A DNA stretch of 64,000 bases from contig CAKPLZ010000006.1 in the NCBI GenBank assembly GCA_934167835.1, forward strand, positions 31,510 through 95,509, in the 5' to 3' direction. Shown here piece by piece: positions 30,061 to 39,057 of this stretch. Origin of the DNA: an uncultured Clostridia bacterium (GTDB lineage Bacteria; Bacillota; Clostridia; TANB77; CAG-508). How positions within the stretch are numbered: the stretch's first letter is position 1; each line of letters starts with the position of its first letter. The translations under genes were made by a program, and so were the position numbers. The notes under the pieces are model-generated. The model worked only from the letters and a program-made list of their open reading frames with translations. It was not told the DNA's origin and ran no database searches.

Positions 30061-30711
30061 TTAATTATACCAAAATATATAGTCTCCATCTTCATCTTGT
30101 AACACACTTTGAACTTCTTGTTCCATACTTTTTTCTATATACTTTACATCTACATTTTCCCAGCTTCTTAATTCATTTTTGATTATATACACTGTATGTA
30201 ATTTATAATTTATCCCCTGTGCATATCTGTCTAATCTTTTTACTGGTACATAAGCATTATATTTTGTTATATCTGCCGATTCTAATATTTCTGGTTCTTT
30301 TATAACCTTAACTTCATCTACTCTTACTATATCTTCATTTCTTCCTAATGTAAATGTTTCCGTTCCATTTACTATATTGTCATATATTTTCTGGACAATT
30401 TCCTGTTCTGCTTCAAGGTGTATTATTAATTCGACATTTAATAACTGATGAACATTTCTTGGCATTGAAGTTACTTTGTCTTTCCCTTTAAACATTCTTA
30501 AAGTTTGGTAATTATTGAAAATACTTTCATAGTTTCCCTGAATTGATATATTCATTGGAAAATACTCGCCTGGCTTTGCTCCAATTATTTTGTGGAACAT
30601 TCCAATTACTGTTGAATATGGAGGTAATGGATATGTTTCAGCAACTTTAAATGCCAATGGTTTTTTATAACATGCTGTTTCTTGAAATATTTTTAATTTT
30701 AATATTGCCAA
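30061..30711 (-). CDS. cas5: CRISPR-associated protein Cas5 (type I-B)
   Basis: 216 aa; N-terminus LKIFQETACYKKP is typical of Cas5; position between cas7 and cas3. Confidence 0.8.
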   Translation of the reverse strand: MAILKLKIFQETACYKKPLAFKVAETYPLPPYSTVIGMFHKIIGAKPGEYFPMNISIQGNYESIFNNYQTLRMFKGKDKVTSMPRNVHQLLNVELIIHLEAEQEIVQKIYDNIVNGTETFTLGRNEDIVRVDEVKVIKEPEILESADITKYNAYVPVKRLDRYAQGINYKLHTVYIIKNELRSWENVDVKYIEKSMEQEVQSVLQDEDGDYIFWYN

Positions 30712-30726
30712 ATTTTGCTCCCTCCC

Positions 30727-31638
30727 TTATTTATAGTATTCTTTTACTTCATCCTCCAACTCTTCAAAAAATGCTTGAATATCATGTACTTTGCCTGGAA
30801 GCATGTTTTCTAGTTCTTGTTCATTTTTGAACATATTTTTTACTATTCCAATATGTGTATTATTTTCTACTATTGAATTTCCTATTTTTAATTTCATTGT
30901 GTCTTTTAAAATATCTGTGTTTATTGCAAATTCATTGTTTTCATTTTCTAGTTTTATTCTTCCTAAAAAATATGGTGTATTTAGCTCATAAGTCCCACCT
31001 ATTATAAATAATGGGCTTAAGTTTTCTTGTCTACCTCTTATTTCTCTATTTAAAACTTTTATTATTTCTAATAGTTCAATTACTCTTTTTTGTTTTTCTT
31101 CATTTGAAAGCTCTATTTCTCCATCTTTTCCTATTTTGCTTAAATCTATTGTTACTGTATATGTATAAAAACTCAAATGTTGTTCTATATTTGCTAGGTT
31201 TGGAAATTCATTTATTCTATCTGCTAGTCCTTTATTATTTAAAAAGTCCATATCGCTTTTATATTCTTCTAGTGATATAGCATTGCTTAACCTTACTGCT
31301 GCACTTCTAATATTTGAACCACCATCAGTATCTTCTGATTTTTTTGAAGTCTTCATGTATCCAAAAAGATCCATCTCTTCTGAATCTTCTATACTTAAAT
31401 TGTCTTTGAATTGTATTGTTCCTTTTGCCTTGTCAACAGTTTGCAAATTCCAGTTGAACATTTTATTTCCAAGTCTTGCTATATCATATCTTATTGCTTG
31501 TCTTGATGCAAAAGTGTAAACCTTGCCATTTCCTCTTGATAATTTTTTTAGTTCTGAAATATTACCTATTCCTTCTCCATAATTTAAACTTTGTGCTTTA
31601 AATATCATTGTAATTGTTAAACCATTTTTATTATTCAT
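30727..31638 (-). CDS. cas7: CRISPR-associated protein Cas7 (type I-B, Csh2/Cst2-like)
   Basis: FKAQSLNYGEGIGNISELKK N-terminal motif; 303 aa. Confidence 0.85.
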   Translation of the reverse strand: MNNKNGLTITMIFKAQSLNYGEGIGNISELKKLSRGNGKVYTFASRQAIRYDIARLGNKMFNWNLQTVDKAKGTIQFKDNLSIEDSEEMDLFGYMKTSKKSEDTDGGSNIRSAAVRLSNAISLEEYKSDMDFLNNKGLADRINEFPNLANIEQHLSFYTYTVTIDLSKIGKDGEIELSNEEKQKRVIELLEIIKVLNREIRGRQENLSPLFIIGGTYELNTPYFLGRIKLENENNEFAINTDILKDTMKLKIGNSIVENNTHIGIVKNMFKNEQELENMLPGKVHDIQAFFEELEDEVKEYYK

Positions 31639-33274
31639 CTTTACCTACCTCATCTTTCTTTTCATATATATTTGATGTTAGACCAGCTATAAAGCTATGT
31701 CCTAGCTCTTGCCAAGTTATATCCTCATTATTCTTTACTAATATTTCTGGAATATCTTTTCCCATTGACCACAATGTTCTTATTGCTATATCTGTGAAAT
31801 CATCTTTGTTGTTTGTTTTTATGCAATTTAGCATTTTGTATATATATCCATCAAGTTTGTTTTCATTTTTTTGGTCTCGTAGCTTCTTTTTAATATTTTT
31901 ACCTAGTTTAAACATTGTGTCACATTTTTTATTTGCTTCCTCTACTTTTTCTTTCATATCATTATCATCTCCTTTTAAAACTTCTAATGTAACCTTTACT
32001 TCTGTTGCTAATAAAGAACTATACCCACTATTATTATTTTCTGTAAATCCTTCCCTCAATCTTCTGTTTATAATTATATTAATATCCTTATTTTTTAAGA
32101 TATAATCAATTATCTCTACTCTATATTTGTAATCTACAATACTTGTTAGAAACTTTGAATATTTCATAAAAAATCTTGCCGTGTGTCTTTTTATATTAAA
32201 GTATTCCATTCTACTGTATGCTAAATATTCGGCCTCAAATTCCACTACAAATATGTTTTGTAATTGCCATTCGCTTATTTTTTTATTCTGCCTCACTATG
32301 TCTAAAATCATATCAGCATAAGGGCTGTATTGTGTCTTTTCTTTTTTTGCTTGCATTGAAAAATTATTATTTGTTATTAATAAATTTTCTACATCTGTAT
32401 CGTAATTTACAAAGCTAAGCATTTCTTTTTCTTTGTATTTATTATTATCTTTTACTGTTTTTATAACTGTTGTTACACCTGCTGGTATGCAGAATAGTAT
32501 CAATTTGCACATATCACAAATTGGAACTTTTGTATTTTGATTCCAAAAGAAGTTTGCCATATTATCGCTACTTACAGCTAAAGGAACAAAATTACTTTCA
32601 GTGTATTTGCTTGTTCCAAAATGGTCTTCTCCACAAATTGAGCATTGTTGTTTATTTTTTATTGTATCTGCCTCAATAATGTTATTTATATAATCTTTAT
32701 ACATTAAGTTTTGTTGTTCCTCATAAGATAAAGTGTTTTTAACAACGTTGAAAAATGAGGGTTGCCCGAAATAGTTTTTGCTTAGTATATTTTTAAATAA
32801 ATTCAATGTTGTTTTTTTGTTAATTTTATCTATTTTAAAGTTATTAATTAGTATTTCTTGTATCTCATCTAACTCTTCTTTTGTATGTACTTTATCAATT
32901 TTCGAATATGCTTCGAACATTGTTTTATAAACATTTTCATCCACCTTTTTGATTTTATCTAGTTCTTTTTTTATTGAATCTTTAATATACTTTTGTTCTC
33001 TTTTTAATATATCTTTTTTATCTTTATTTTCTAGTAAATTTTCTATTCTACCAAAAGACTCACTTATTCTTTTTTCCATCTTTTTGGCAATATTATAATT
33101 ATCAAAAAAGTAATTGAAGTAATATTTATGGAAGTCTTTTAAGTCTTCTGTGTCAAATTCTATATAATTTTCTTCCTTTTTTACAAAGTCTTGTTTATTA
33201 TGTTCTAGCATTCTCAAAAATCCTACTATTCCTGCATTTATAAACCATTCGTTTAAATAAATTCTCGTATTCAA
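31631..33274 (-). CDS. cas8b: CRISPR-associated large subunit Cas8b
   Basis: 547 aa with Cys pairs CSICGE / CDMCKL; sits between cas6 and cas7; TTG start after AAGGAGG. Confidence 0.75.
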   Translation of the reverse strand: MNTRIYLNEWFINAGIVGFLRMLEHNKQDFVKKEENYIEFDTEDLKDFHKYYFNYFFDNYNIAKKMEKRISESFGRIENLLENKDKKDILKREQKYIKDSIKKELDKIKKVDENVYKTMFEAYSKIDKVHTKEELDEIQEILINNFKIDKINKKTTLNLFKNILSKNYFGQPSFFNVVKNTLSYEEQQNLMYKDYINNIIEADTIKNKQQCSICGEDHFGTSKYTESNFVPLAVSSDNMANFFWNQNTKVPICDMCKLILFCIPAGVTTVIKTVKDNNKYKEKEMLSFVNYDTDVENLLITNNNFSMQAKKEKTQYSPYADMILDIVRQNKKISEWQLQNIFVVEFEAEYLAYSRMEYFNIKRHTARFFMKYSKFLTSIVDYKYRVEIIDYILKNKDINIIINRRLREGFTENNNSGYSSLLATEVKVTLEVLKGDDNDMKEKVEEANKKCDTMFKLGKNIKKKLRDQKNENKLDGYIYKMLNCIKTNNKDDFTDIAIRTLWSMGKDIPEILVKNNEDITWQELGHSFIAGLTSNIYEKKDEVGKDE

Positions 33275-33288
33275 AATTTCACCTCCTT

Positions 33289-34005
33289 TTATAAAATTTG
33301 AAACATTCCAAATCCTGCACTACGCTTGCTTCCTATACCTGCTTTGTACAAATATTCTAGTAATTGCTTGTCCCCTTTTATTTTAAATATACCTGTACTT
33401 GCTTCAATTTGTTTTTCATAGAATTTTATTACTACTTTTTTAGGTTCTATTGGTTCTATTTCAAAAGTATTAACTATTTCCTGTGGAATGTCTGTTATTT
33501 TTAGTTCCTCTTTTATATTTATTTTTAGTGTTTCTAAAAACATTTCTGGACTTTCAAATGAATAATAATAATCTTTTTGTTCTTGCCTATTTCTTGCTAC
33601 AAGTGGAGATTGAAATTTTACATTTATGCTATCCCCATTAATCTTTTTTTCTGGTAGCATAGCAATATTAGTTAATTTCCAAGAATTTTGATTGATTGAG
33701 AATTTTTTGTTTTTCTGATGATTGAATGAATTGTATAATACTACTGCAACTTCATAATCTGCCACAGCCATATTGATTTCAAAAGTTTTGCTGTTTAATA
33801 TTATCTGTTCTTTTTCAAACTGAGGTTTTTCAAAGAATACTGAGAATGTATATGGCTTAATTATAGGTTTATTGCCATCATATAATTTCTTGAATTCCTC
33901 TTCGTTATATTTATTAAGCGATGCTTTTATAAAACTTATTATGTTTTTGCGATATTGTATTGGCATTTTTTCATTTTCTAATTCAAAATACAGTTTTAAT
34001 CTCAT
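33289..34005 (-). CDS. cas6: CRISPR-associated endoribonuclease Cas6
   Basis: C-terminal glycine-rich loop GIGSKRSAGFGMF; first gene of the operon. Confidence 0.85.
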   Translation of the reverse strand: MRLKLYFELENEKMPIQYRKNIISFIKASLNKYNEEEFKKLYDGNKPIIKPYTFSVFFEKPQFEKEQIILNSKTFEINMAVADYEVAVVLYNSFNHQKNKKFSINQNSWKLTNIAMLPEKKINGDSINVKFQSPLVARNRQEQKDYYYSFESPEMFLETLKINIKEELKITDIPQEIVNTFEIEPIEPKKVVIKFYEKQIEASTGIFKIKGDKQLLEYLYKAGIGSKRSAGFGMFQIL

Positions 34006-34239
34006 TTTTTCACCTCCTTCATCTCATATTTTTTAAAACATTTATAGTATAACATACACTGATATGCAAAAAATGTCGAAATGTGTAGAATAAGAAAAAT
34101 TTTTTTACTTTTTTGTTTTATTATATTTGTTTTTTACTCGTATGTCAACATTAACTTACTTTATCTCACCCCTTCTATCTTTATCCCCCTCAATTTTCTA
34201 ACCCCATAACTCATCACATCTCTATTATATTTCCTCATA

Positions 34240-34291
34240 AAAAAACACCTCTTACAATAATATGCTTTATTATTGTAAAAGGCTTTATTTT
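34240..34291. repeat. 52-bp direct repeat, copy A (contains a minus-strand terminator hairpin)
   Basis: AAAAAACACCTCTTACAATAATATGCTTTATTATTGTAAAAGGCTTTATTTT, identical to 35046-35097. Confidence 0.95.
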
Positions 34292-34563
34292 TAAATATTT
34301 TCATAATGTGTCCAAAGGCTAAGTATTTTGATTGTTTTTTCTTCTTCTAGTATTTGATAAACTAATCTATGCTGTACATTTATTCTTCTTGAATATGCAC
34401 CTTCTAAATCTCCTACTAGTTTTTCATAAGGTGGTGGGTTTTGAAATGGATTTTGTTTAATTATTTCAATTAATTTTTTAACTTTGCTTTCTAGTTTTAT
34501 TGCTTTTATTTTAGGAATGTCTTTCAGTACTTTCTTTCTGTACACGATTCTATACACTACCAC
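34291..34563 (-). CDS. yoeB: YoeB/Txe-family toxin (type II TA)
   Basis: RRINVQHRLVY...H signature; 90 aa; overlaps the antitoxin gene. Confidence 0.85.
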   Translation of the reverse strand: MVVYRIVYRKKVLKDIPKIKAIKLESKVKKLIEIIKQNPFQNPPPYEKLVGDLEGAYSRRINVQHRLVYQILEEEKTIKILSLWTHYENI

Positions 34564-34805
34564 TCCACCTCTTTTTCATCGACACATTCATCAATTGGTT
34601 CTTTTAGTCCTTTTATTATGTCTTCTTTTAATCCTGGTATTGATGAAATATATAAAGTTTCCATTATGTTATTATAATCCTCCTCTGATAGTACAATAGC
34701 ATTTCCATTTTTTGTAGAAATGTTTATTGGTTCATTATATTTTATTGTTTGGTCTAATAATTCATATATATCTTTTCTAAAATTTGTAACATTTACATTA
34801 GTCAT
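34557..34805 (-). CDS. yefM: YefM/Phd-family antitoxin
   Basis: 82 aa, N-terminus VNVTNFRKDIYELLDQ; upstream of and overlapping yoeB. Confidence 0.85.
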   Translation of the reverse strand: MTNVNVTNFRKDIYELLDQTIKYNEPINISTKNGNAIVLSEEDYNNIMETLYISSIPGLKEDIIKGLKEPIDECVDEKEVEW

Positions 34806-34828
34806 CGCAAAGCACCTCCTGTATTTAT

Positions 34829-34857
34829 ATTATAGCGTACGTTTTAGCGTATGTCAA
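34829..34857 (-). promoter_or_regulatory. Consensus sigma-A promoter of the yefM-yoeB cassette with internal TACGCTA direct repeats
   Basis: On the minus strand: TTGACA, 17 nt (TACGCTAAAACGTACGC), TATAAT. Confidence 0.65.
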
Positions 34858-35045
34858 TATATGTGTTTATTTTTTACAAATCAGATTGATATTATGCACT
34901 TTAATACAATGAGCATATACACCATCTCCTATTATTGAATTGTTTTTTGGATTTTAATTCTAGGAAGATTTCCTAAAATTTTATAGATTGAATACTGGTA
35001 TTATACACTCATTTTGATTGTTTGTAAATAAATTTTTCGTTTTTT

Positions 35046-35097
35046 AAAAAACACCTCTTACAATAATATGCTTTATTATTGTAAAAGGCTTTATTTT
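35046..35097. repeat. 52-bp direct repeat, copy B (terminator of the ylmH-like gene)
   Basis: Identical to 34240-34291. Confidence 0.95.
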
Positions 35098-35875
35098 ATT
35101 TATACTTCTTTATCTCAACTATTCTTTTTCCCTTTTTGTTCTCTCCTAAATCAGCTCCTACTATGAACTTTCCCTTTCCTCGTATTATCAATACATCTCC
35201 TATATTTACTATCTTTGATTGCTTTGTTTCAATCTTACAATTTATTGAAACCTTCTCGCTTTCAATGAGCTTTGCTGTTTCGTTTCTTGAAAGTTTTGTT
35301 ATTTCTGATACTATGTTGTCTATCCTCATTGAGTTTGATGTTATTTTAAATATATCAAAGTCTGGTTCTTTTACTTCTATGTTGTCTATGTCTATTATTG
35401 ATATTTTAGATTTTTTAAATTTTGTTGTTGTAATTAAGCTATTTTTTATGTACTCTGCATTTTCTGCTAGAATTATTATGTATGCTTTATCTTCATACAC
35501 TAAAATATCTCCCATTCGTTCTATTATTATTCCAAATTGCATTACTGTTCCTAGATAATCTCTATGTTGATATTTGCTTTTTTGCTCGTTTGGTAGGATT
35601 ATTTCAATTGCTTTTATAATATTCTTAATATTAGATATTGCTATTTCTTTTGTTAATTTTTCTGGATACATTAAGAGTATTTTACTTTCTGCCTCTTCGT
35701 ATCCTCCTGTAAATATATAGTTCTTAAATTTTTGCCTTTCTAATTCTTTTTGGATGATGTTTTTTTCATTTAGGTTTAAAAAGTCTGTATATGTAATTTT
35801 ATTTCTTGTTTTACAAAACTGTAATTTATCGTTTAGCTTTGCTATTATTAGTTTTTCTTCTTGATTTGTTTCCAT
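35096..35875 (-). CDS. YlmH-like S4-domain RNA-binding protein
   Basis: 259 aa; C-terminal S4-like MRIDNIVSEITKLSRNETAKLIESEKVSIN. Confidence 0.7.
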   Translation of the reverse strand: METNQEEKLIIAKLNDKLQFCKTRNKITYTDFLNLNEKNIIQKELERQKFKNYIFTGGYEEAESKILLMYPEKLTKEIAISNIKNIIKAIEIILPNEQKSKYQHRDYLGTVMQFGIIIERMGDILVYEDKAYIIILAENAEYIKNSLITTTKFKKSKISIIDIDNIEVKEPDFDIFKITSNSMRIDNIVSEITKLSRNETAKLIESEKVSINCKIETKQSKIVNIGDVLIIRGKGKFIVGADLGENKKGKRIVEIKKYK

Positions 35876-35987
35876 TATTGCTCCTTCTCTATCTTCTATT
35901 ATACATATTTATTAGCACTTTATCAACATTTTACTTACTTTAATTTTTATGGTAAAATAGTTGCAAATTATATAAGGAGGGATTTTT

Positions 35988-37022
35988 TTGATTAAACCTG
36001 AAAGATTAAAAAGAGGCGATAAAATCGCTGTTGTGAGCCTTTCTTGGGGTGGACTTGGAGAAAAGGAGATTATTCATAAATATTATCTTGCGAAAGATAG
36101 GCTTAAAAATATGTTTGGCTTGGAGCTTGTGCCAACTGAGCATGCTTTGAAGGGTTCTAAATTTACATACGAGCACCCTGAACTTAGAGCTAAGGATTGG
36201 ATGGATGCTTTTAAAGACCCAAGTATTAAGGCTATTTTTTCTGCTATTGGTGGAGATGATACTATTCGTTTGCTTCCATATATTGATTATGATGTTATCA
36301 AGAATAATCCTAAAATTTTTTCTGGATTTTCAGATACTACTGCAAATCATTTTATGATGTATAAAGCTGGTGTTACTTCATTTTACGGACCTTGCATTTT
36401 ATCTGACTTTGCTCAATATGGCTCTATGTTTGATTATACTGTTGATGCTATTAATAACATATTTTTTGATGCTAACCCTCATTTTGAGATTAAGAAGTGT
36501 AATTATTTTACAAATGAACATTTTGAATGGTGTGAAGAAAATATAAATAAAGAGAAGAAAAGAATTCCTGATTCAAAAGGCTATGAAGTGTTGCAAGGCA
36601 CTGGCAAAGTTTCTGGTAAACTTTTGGGTGGATGTATTGAACTTTTGGATATGATTAATGGCACCGAGATTTGGCCATCTTTAGATGAATGGAGAAATAA
36701 GATTTTATTTATTGAAACTAGTGAAGAAACTCCTAGTCCTCAAAATGTTAAGTATATTTTAAGAACTTTGCAAGCTCAAGGAATTCTAAATGCTATTAAT
36801 GGTATTATTGTTGGCAAACCTAGAGGTGAAACTTATTATGAGGAATATAAGGATGTTTTAAAAACTGTTGTTGGTATAGAAGCTAAAAGACTTGATTTGC
36901 CTATTATTTATAATGTAAATTTTGGCCATAATGAGCCTATTGGAATTATTCCTTATGGAGTTGAATGTGAATTAGATTGTGATAATAAGAAAATCACATT
37001 ACTTGAAAGTGGAGTTTTATAA
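35988..37022 (+). CDS. LD-carboxypeptidase (peptidase S66, MccF-like)
   Basis: GDKIAVVSLS, nucleophile motif SGFSDTT, C-terminal FGHNEP. Confidence 0.8.
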   Translation: MIKPERLKRGDKIAVVSLSWGGLGEKEIIHKYYLAKDRLKNMFGLELVPTEHALKGSKFTYEHPELRAKDWMDAFKDPSIKAIFSAIGGDDTIRLLPYIDYDVIKNNPKIFSGFSDTTANHFMMYKAGVTSFYGPCILSDFAQYGSMFDYTVDAINNIFFDANPHFEIKKCNYFTNEHFEWCEENINKEKKRIPDSKGYEVLQGTGKVSGKLLGGCIELLDMINGTEIWPSLDEWRNKILFIETSEETPSPQNVKYILRTLQAQGILNAINGIIVGKPRGETYYEEYKDVLKTVVGIEAKRLDLPIIYNVNFGHNEPIGIIPYGVECELDCDNKKITLLESGVL

Positions 37023-37029
37023 ACTCCAC

Positions 37030-38028
37030 TTAAACTATATATTTAATCTCGTTATTTGGAAAATACTGTTTCATTTTCTCCAAGAAAAATCTTGTGCCTT
37101 CCTCTCGTATTTGTGGTTTATACATATATTTTCCCTTGCCTCTTCCTGTCATTTTTGTTTCATCAAAAAGATTTATCGCGTTTGGAAAAGCCTCTTTATT
37201 TATCATTTTATGAACATAGCTGTATGTCATAAAAATCAATTCAAAAAAAGCATTTTTCTTGACGGCTGTACTTAAGTTTTCTTGTAAAAAGATTAATAAA
37301 TTTTCATATTCTTCTTTCCAGTTATCTACAAAAATTATTGGTGCAATAAGAATTCCTACTTTGTAACCAGCTTCTTGTAGCTTGTTTATCGCTTTTACTC
37401 TGTTTGCTAAATTTGATGTTCCAAATTCTACCCTTCGAATTATATTCTCTGGATTAACACTCATTCTTACAATTACTCTGCCTTTATGATCTAAATTTAA
37501 AATAGGTTCTACCATATCAAACTTGGTTGGAAATGTTAAGTATCCTCTCTTGTTATTGGCAAAATTGGGAATTGTCCATTCTAAATTGTTTGTTATTGTG
37601 TTTTCTAAAATCAAATCACTATTGCTTCCTATCTCGAAGGTTAGCTCTTTTTCACTTTGATTTGATGTTTTAATTATCTTGTTTAGCATTTCTTCTCTAT
37701 TTACAAAAAGCCTCAAATATGAGCATTTGTTGTAATTGCATACTAAATAGCAGTACATACACATTGCTGTGCAACCAGATGAAGTATATGGCACAAGGAA
37801 ATCGGAAGTTTTGTGATTTGGAACGAATTTATGCGTTTTTCTAATTCCAATTATTAAGTCTTTCTTCATATCTGTAAAATCACAATTTCCTCTACATCTC
37901 ATTTCTGGTATGTTGTTGTGGTTCTCAATTATCATTTTGGGAACATCTTTATATTTTTCTAAAAGCTCTTGACCAAGTTTATAGTTTGTTATATTTTCTT
38001 CATACAAAATCTCTTTTGGCATAAACAT
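37030..38028 (-). CDS. splB: Spore photoproduct lyase (radical SAM)
   Basis: CTAMCMYC radical-SAM cluster motif; ~330 aa with typical SplB length and N-terminus. Confidence 0.8.
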   Translation of the reverse strand: MFMPKEILYEENITNYKLGQELLEKYKDVPKMIIENHNNIPEMRCRGNCDFTDMKKDLIIGIRKTHKFVPNHKTSDFLVPYTSSGCTAMCMYCYLVCNYNKCSYLRLFVNREEMLNKIIKTSNQSEKELTFEIGSNSDLILENTITNNLEWTIPNFANNKRGYLTFPTKFDMVEPILNLDHKGRVIVRMSVNPENIIRRVEFGTSNLANRVKAINKLQEAGYKVGILIAPIIFVDNWKEEYENLLIFLQENLSTAVKKNAFFELIFMTYSYVHKMINKEAFPNAINLFDETKMTGRGKGKYMYKPQIREEGTRFFLEKMKQYFPNNEIKYIV

Positions 38029-38143
38029 TTTGCTTTCACCTCAAGAATATTTTGATAGGTTTTTGATTAAATTATACAATGTAATTATTTTTTGTTATTT
38101 ACATTAAACTTGATATTAAAACTTAAGTAACATACATTTAATT

Positions 38144-38921
38144 TTATTCTTTTTTTCCTAAATTTAATCTTCTCATTTCTGTAGCATTTTTGTTTGATAT
38201 TATTTGCTTCCCTGTTTTTCTTTCCAATTGTTCCCTTGCTGATTTAGCAATATTCCCACCTTCTTTAACAGATTCTTGTGTTTTATCAAATCCTATTTCA
38301 TTTTTACTTTTTGATATTTCTGTTGCAGATGTCTCAGCTAACATATTTAATACCAATTCCATATTAGTCATATTGTCTCTAAGATTTTCCTTTTTTAGCC
38401 CCTTTAATTTTTTATAATCTTTTACTGTATATCCACTCCAAGTCTTAGTTAAAAGATTAGTTAATATTGCAAAATCTTTGCTATCTTTAATTCCCTTTTG
38501 TTTCAATTCATCTGTAAATTCTTTTCTTATATCAATTGTCTTTAGCCTCTGATTTATCCATTCTTCTGAATAGCCCTTTTTCCTATATATGTCTAGTGCT
38601 CTATTTATTGCTATTTCTGGATCATAAGCCTCATCTATTCTTTCCTTGCCTACTCCGTGCTAGCCACAATTTAAAAGGTTCTGCTTTTTTTGATGGTATT
38701 GATTGTACTAAACGCAAAACCTGCTCGGTTGACATTACATCTGTATCTCTCATTTTCCCATCATAAGCTCTCATTTTCAACTGGTTAGTAGCACTAACCA
38801 GTTCACTGCCTTCTTGAACCAGCTTATTTTTAAGCCATTTCCAGTAATTTCTTGATTTTTGATAGTCATTATCAGTTAATACTGCTATTACATCTACAAC
38901 AGAAAAGAACCATTTTTCCAC
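38144..38921 (-). CDS. dinD: DNA-damage-inducible protein D (DinD-like); interrupted, needs a +1 shift at in-frame CGG 38657-38655; N-terminus possibly truncated
   Basis: WFFSVVDVIAVLTD...FKLWLA then CGG. The +1 frame continues GVGKERIDEAYDPEIAINRALDIYRKKGYSEEWINQRLK... into the 120-aa ORF. No ATG (GTG at 38921), and stops lie just upstream. Confidence 0.75.
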
Positions 38922-39057
38922 AGTTTCATTCCACTTTGCTCTAATTTTTTTATTTTATCATAAAATTTTCCTAAGTCAATTTTTTTAGATAACTCCTAAT
39001 TTCTATTGACATTTTGTATAATTCTATGTTACAATTTTCCCATTACTAATAAAAGAG

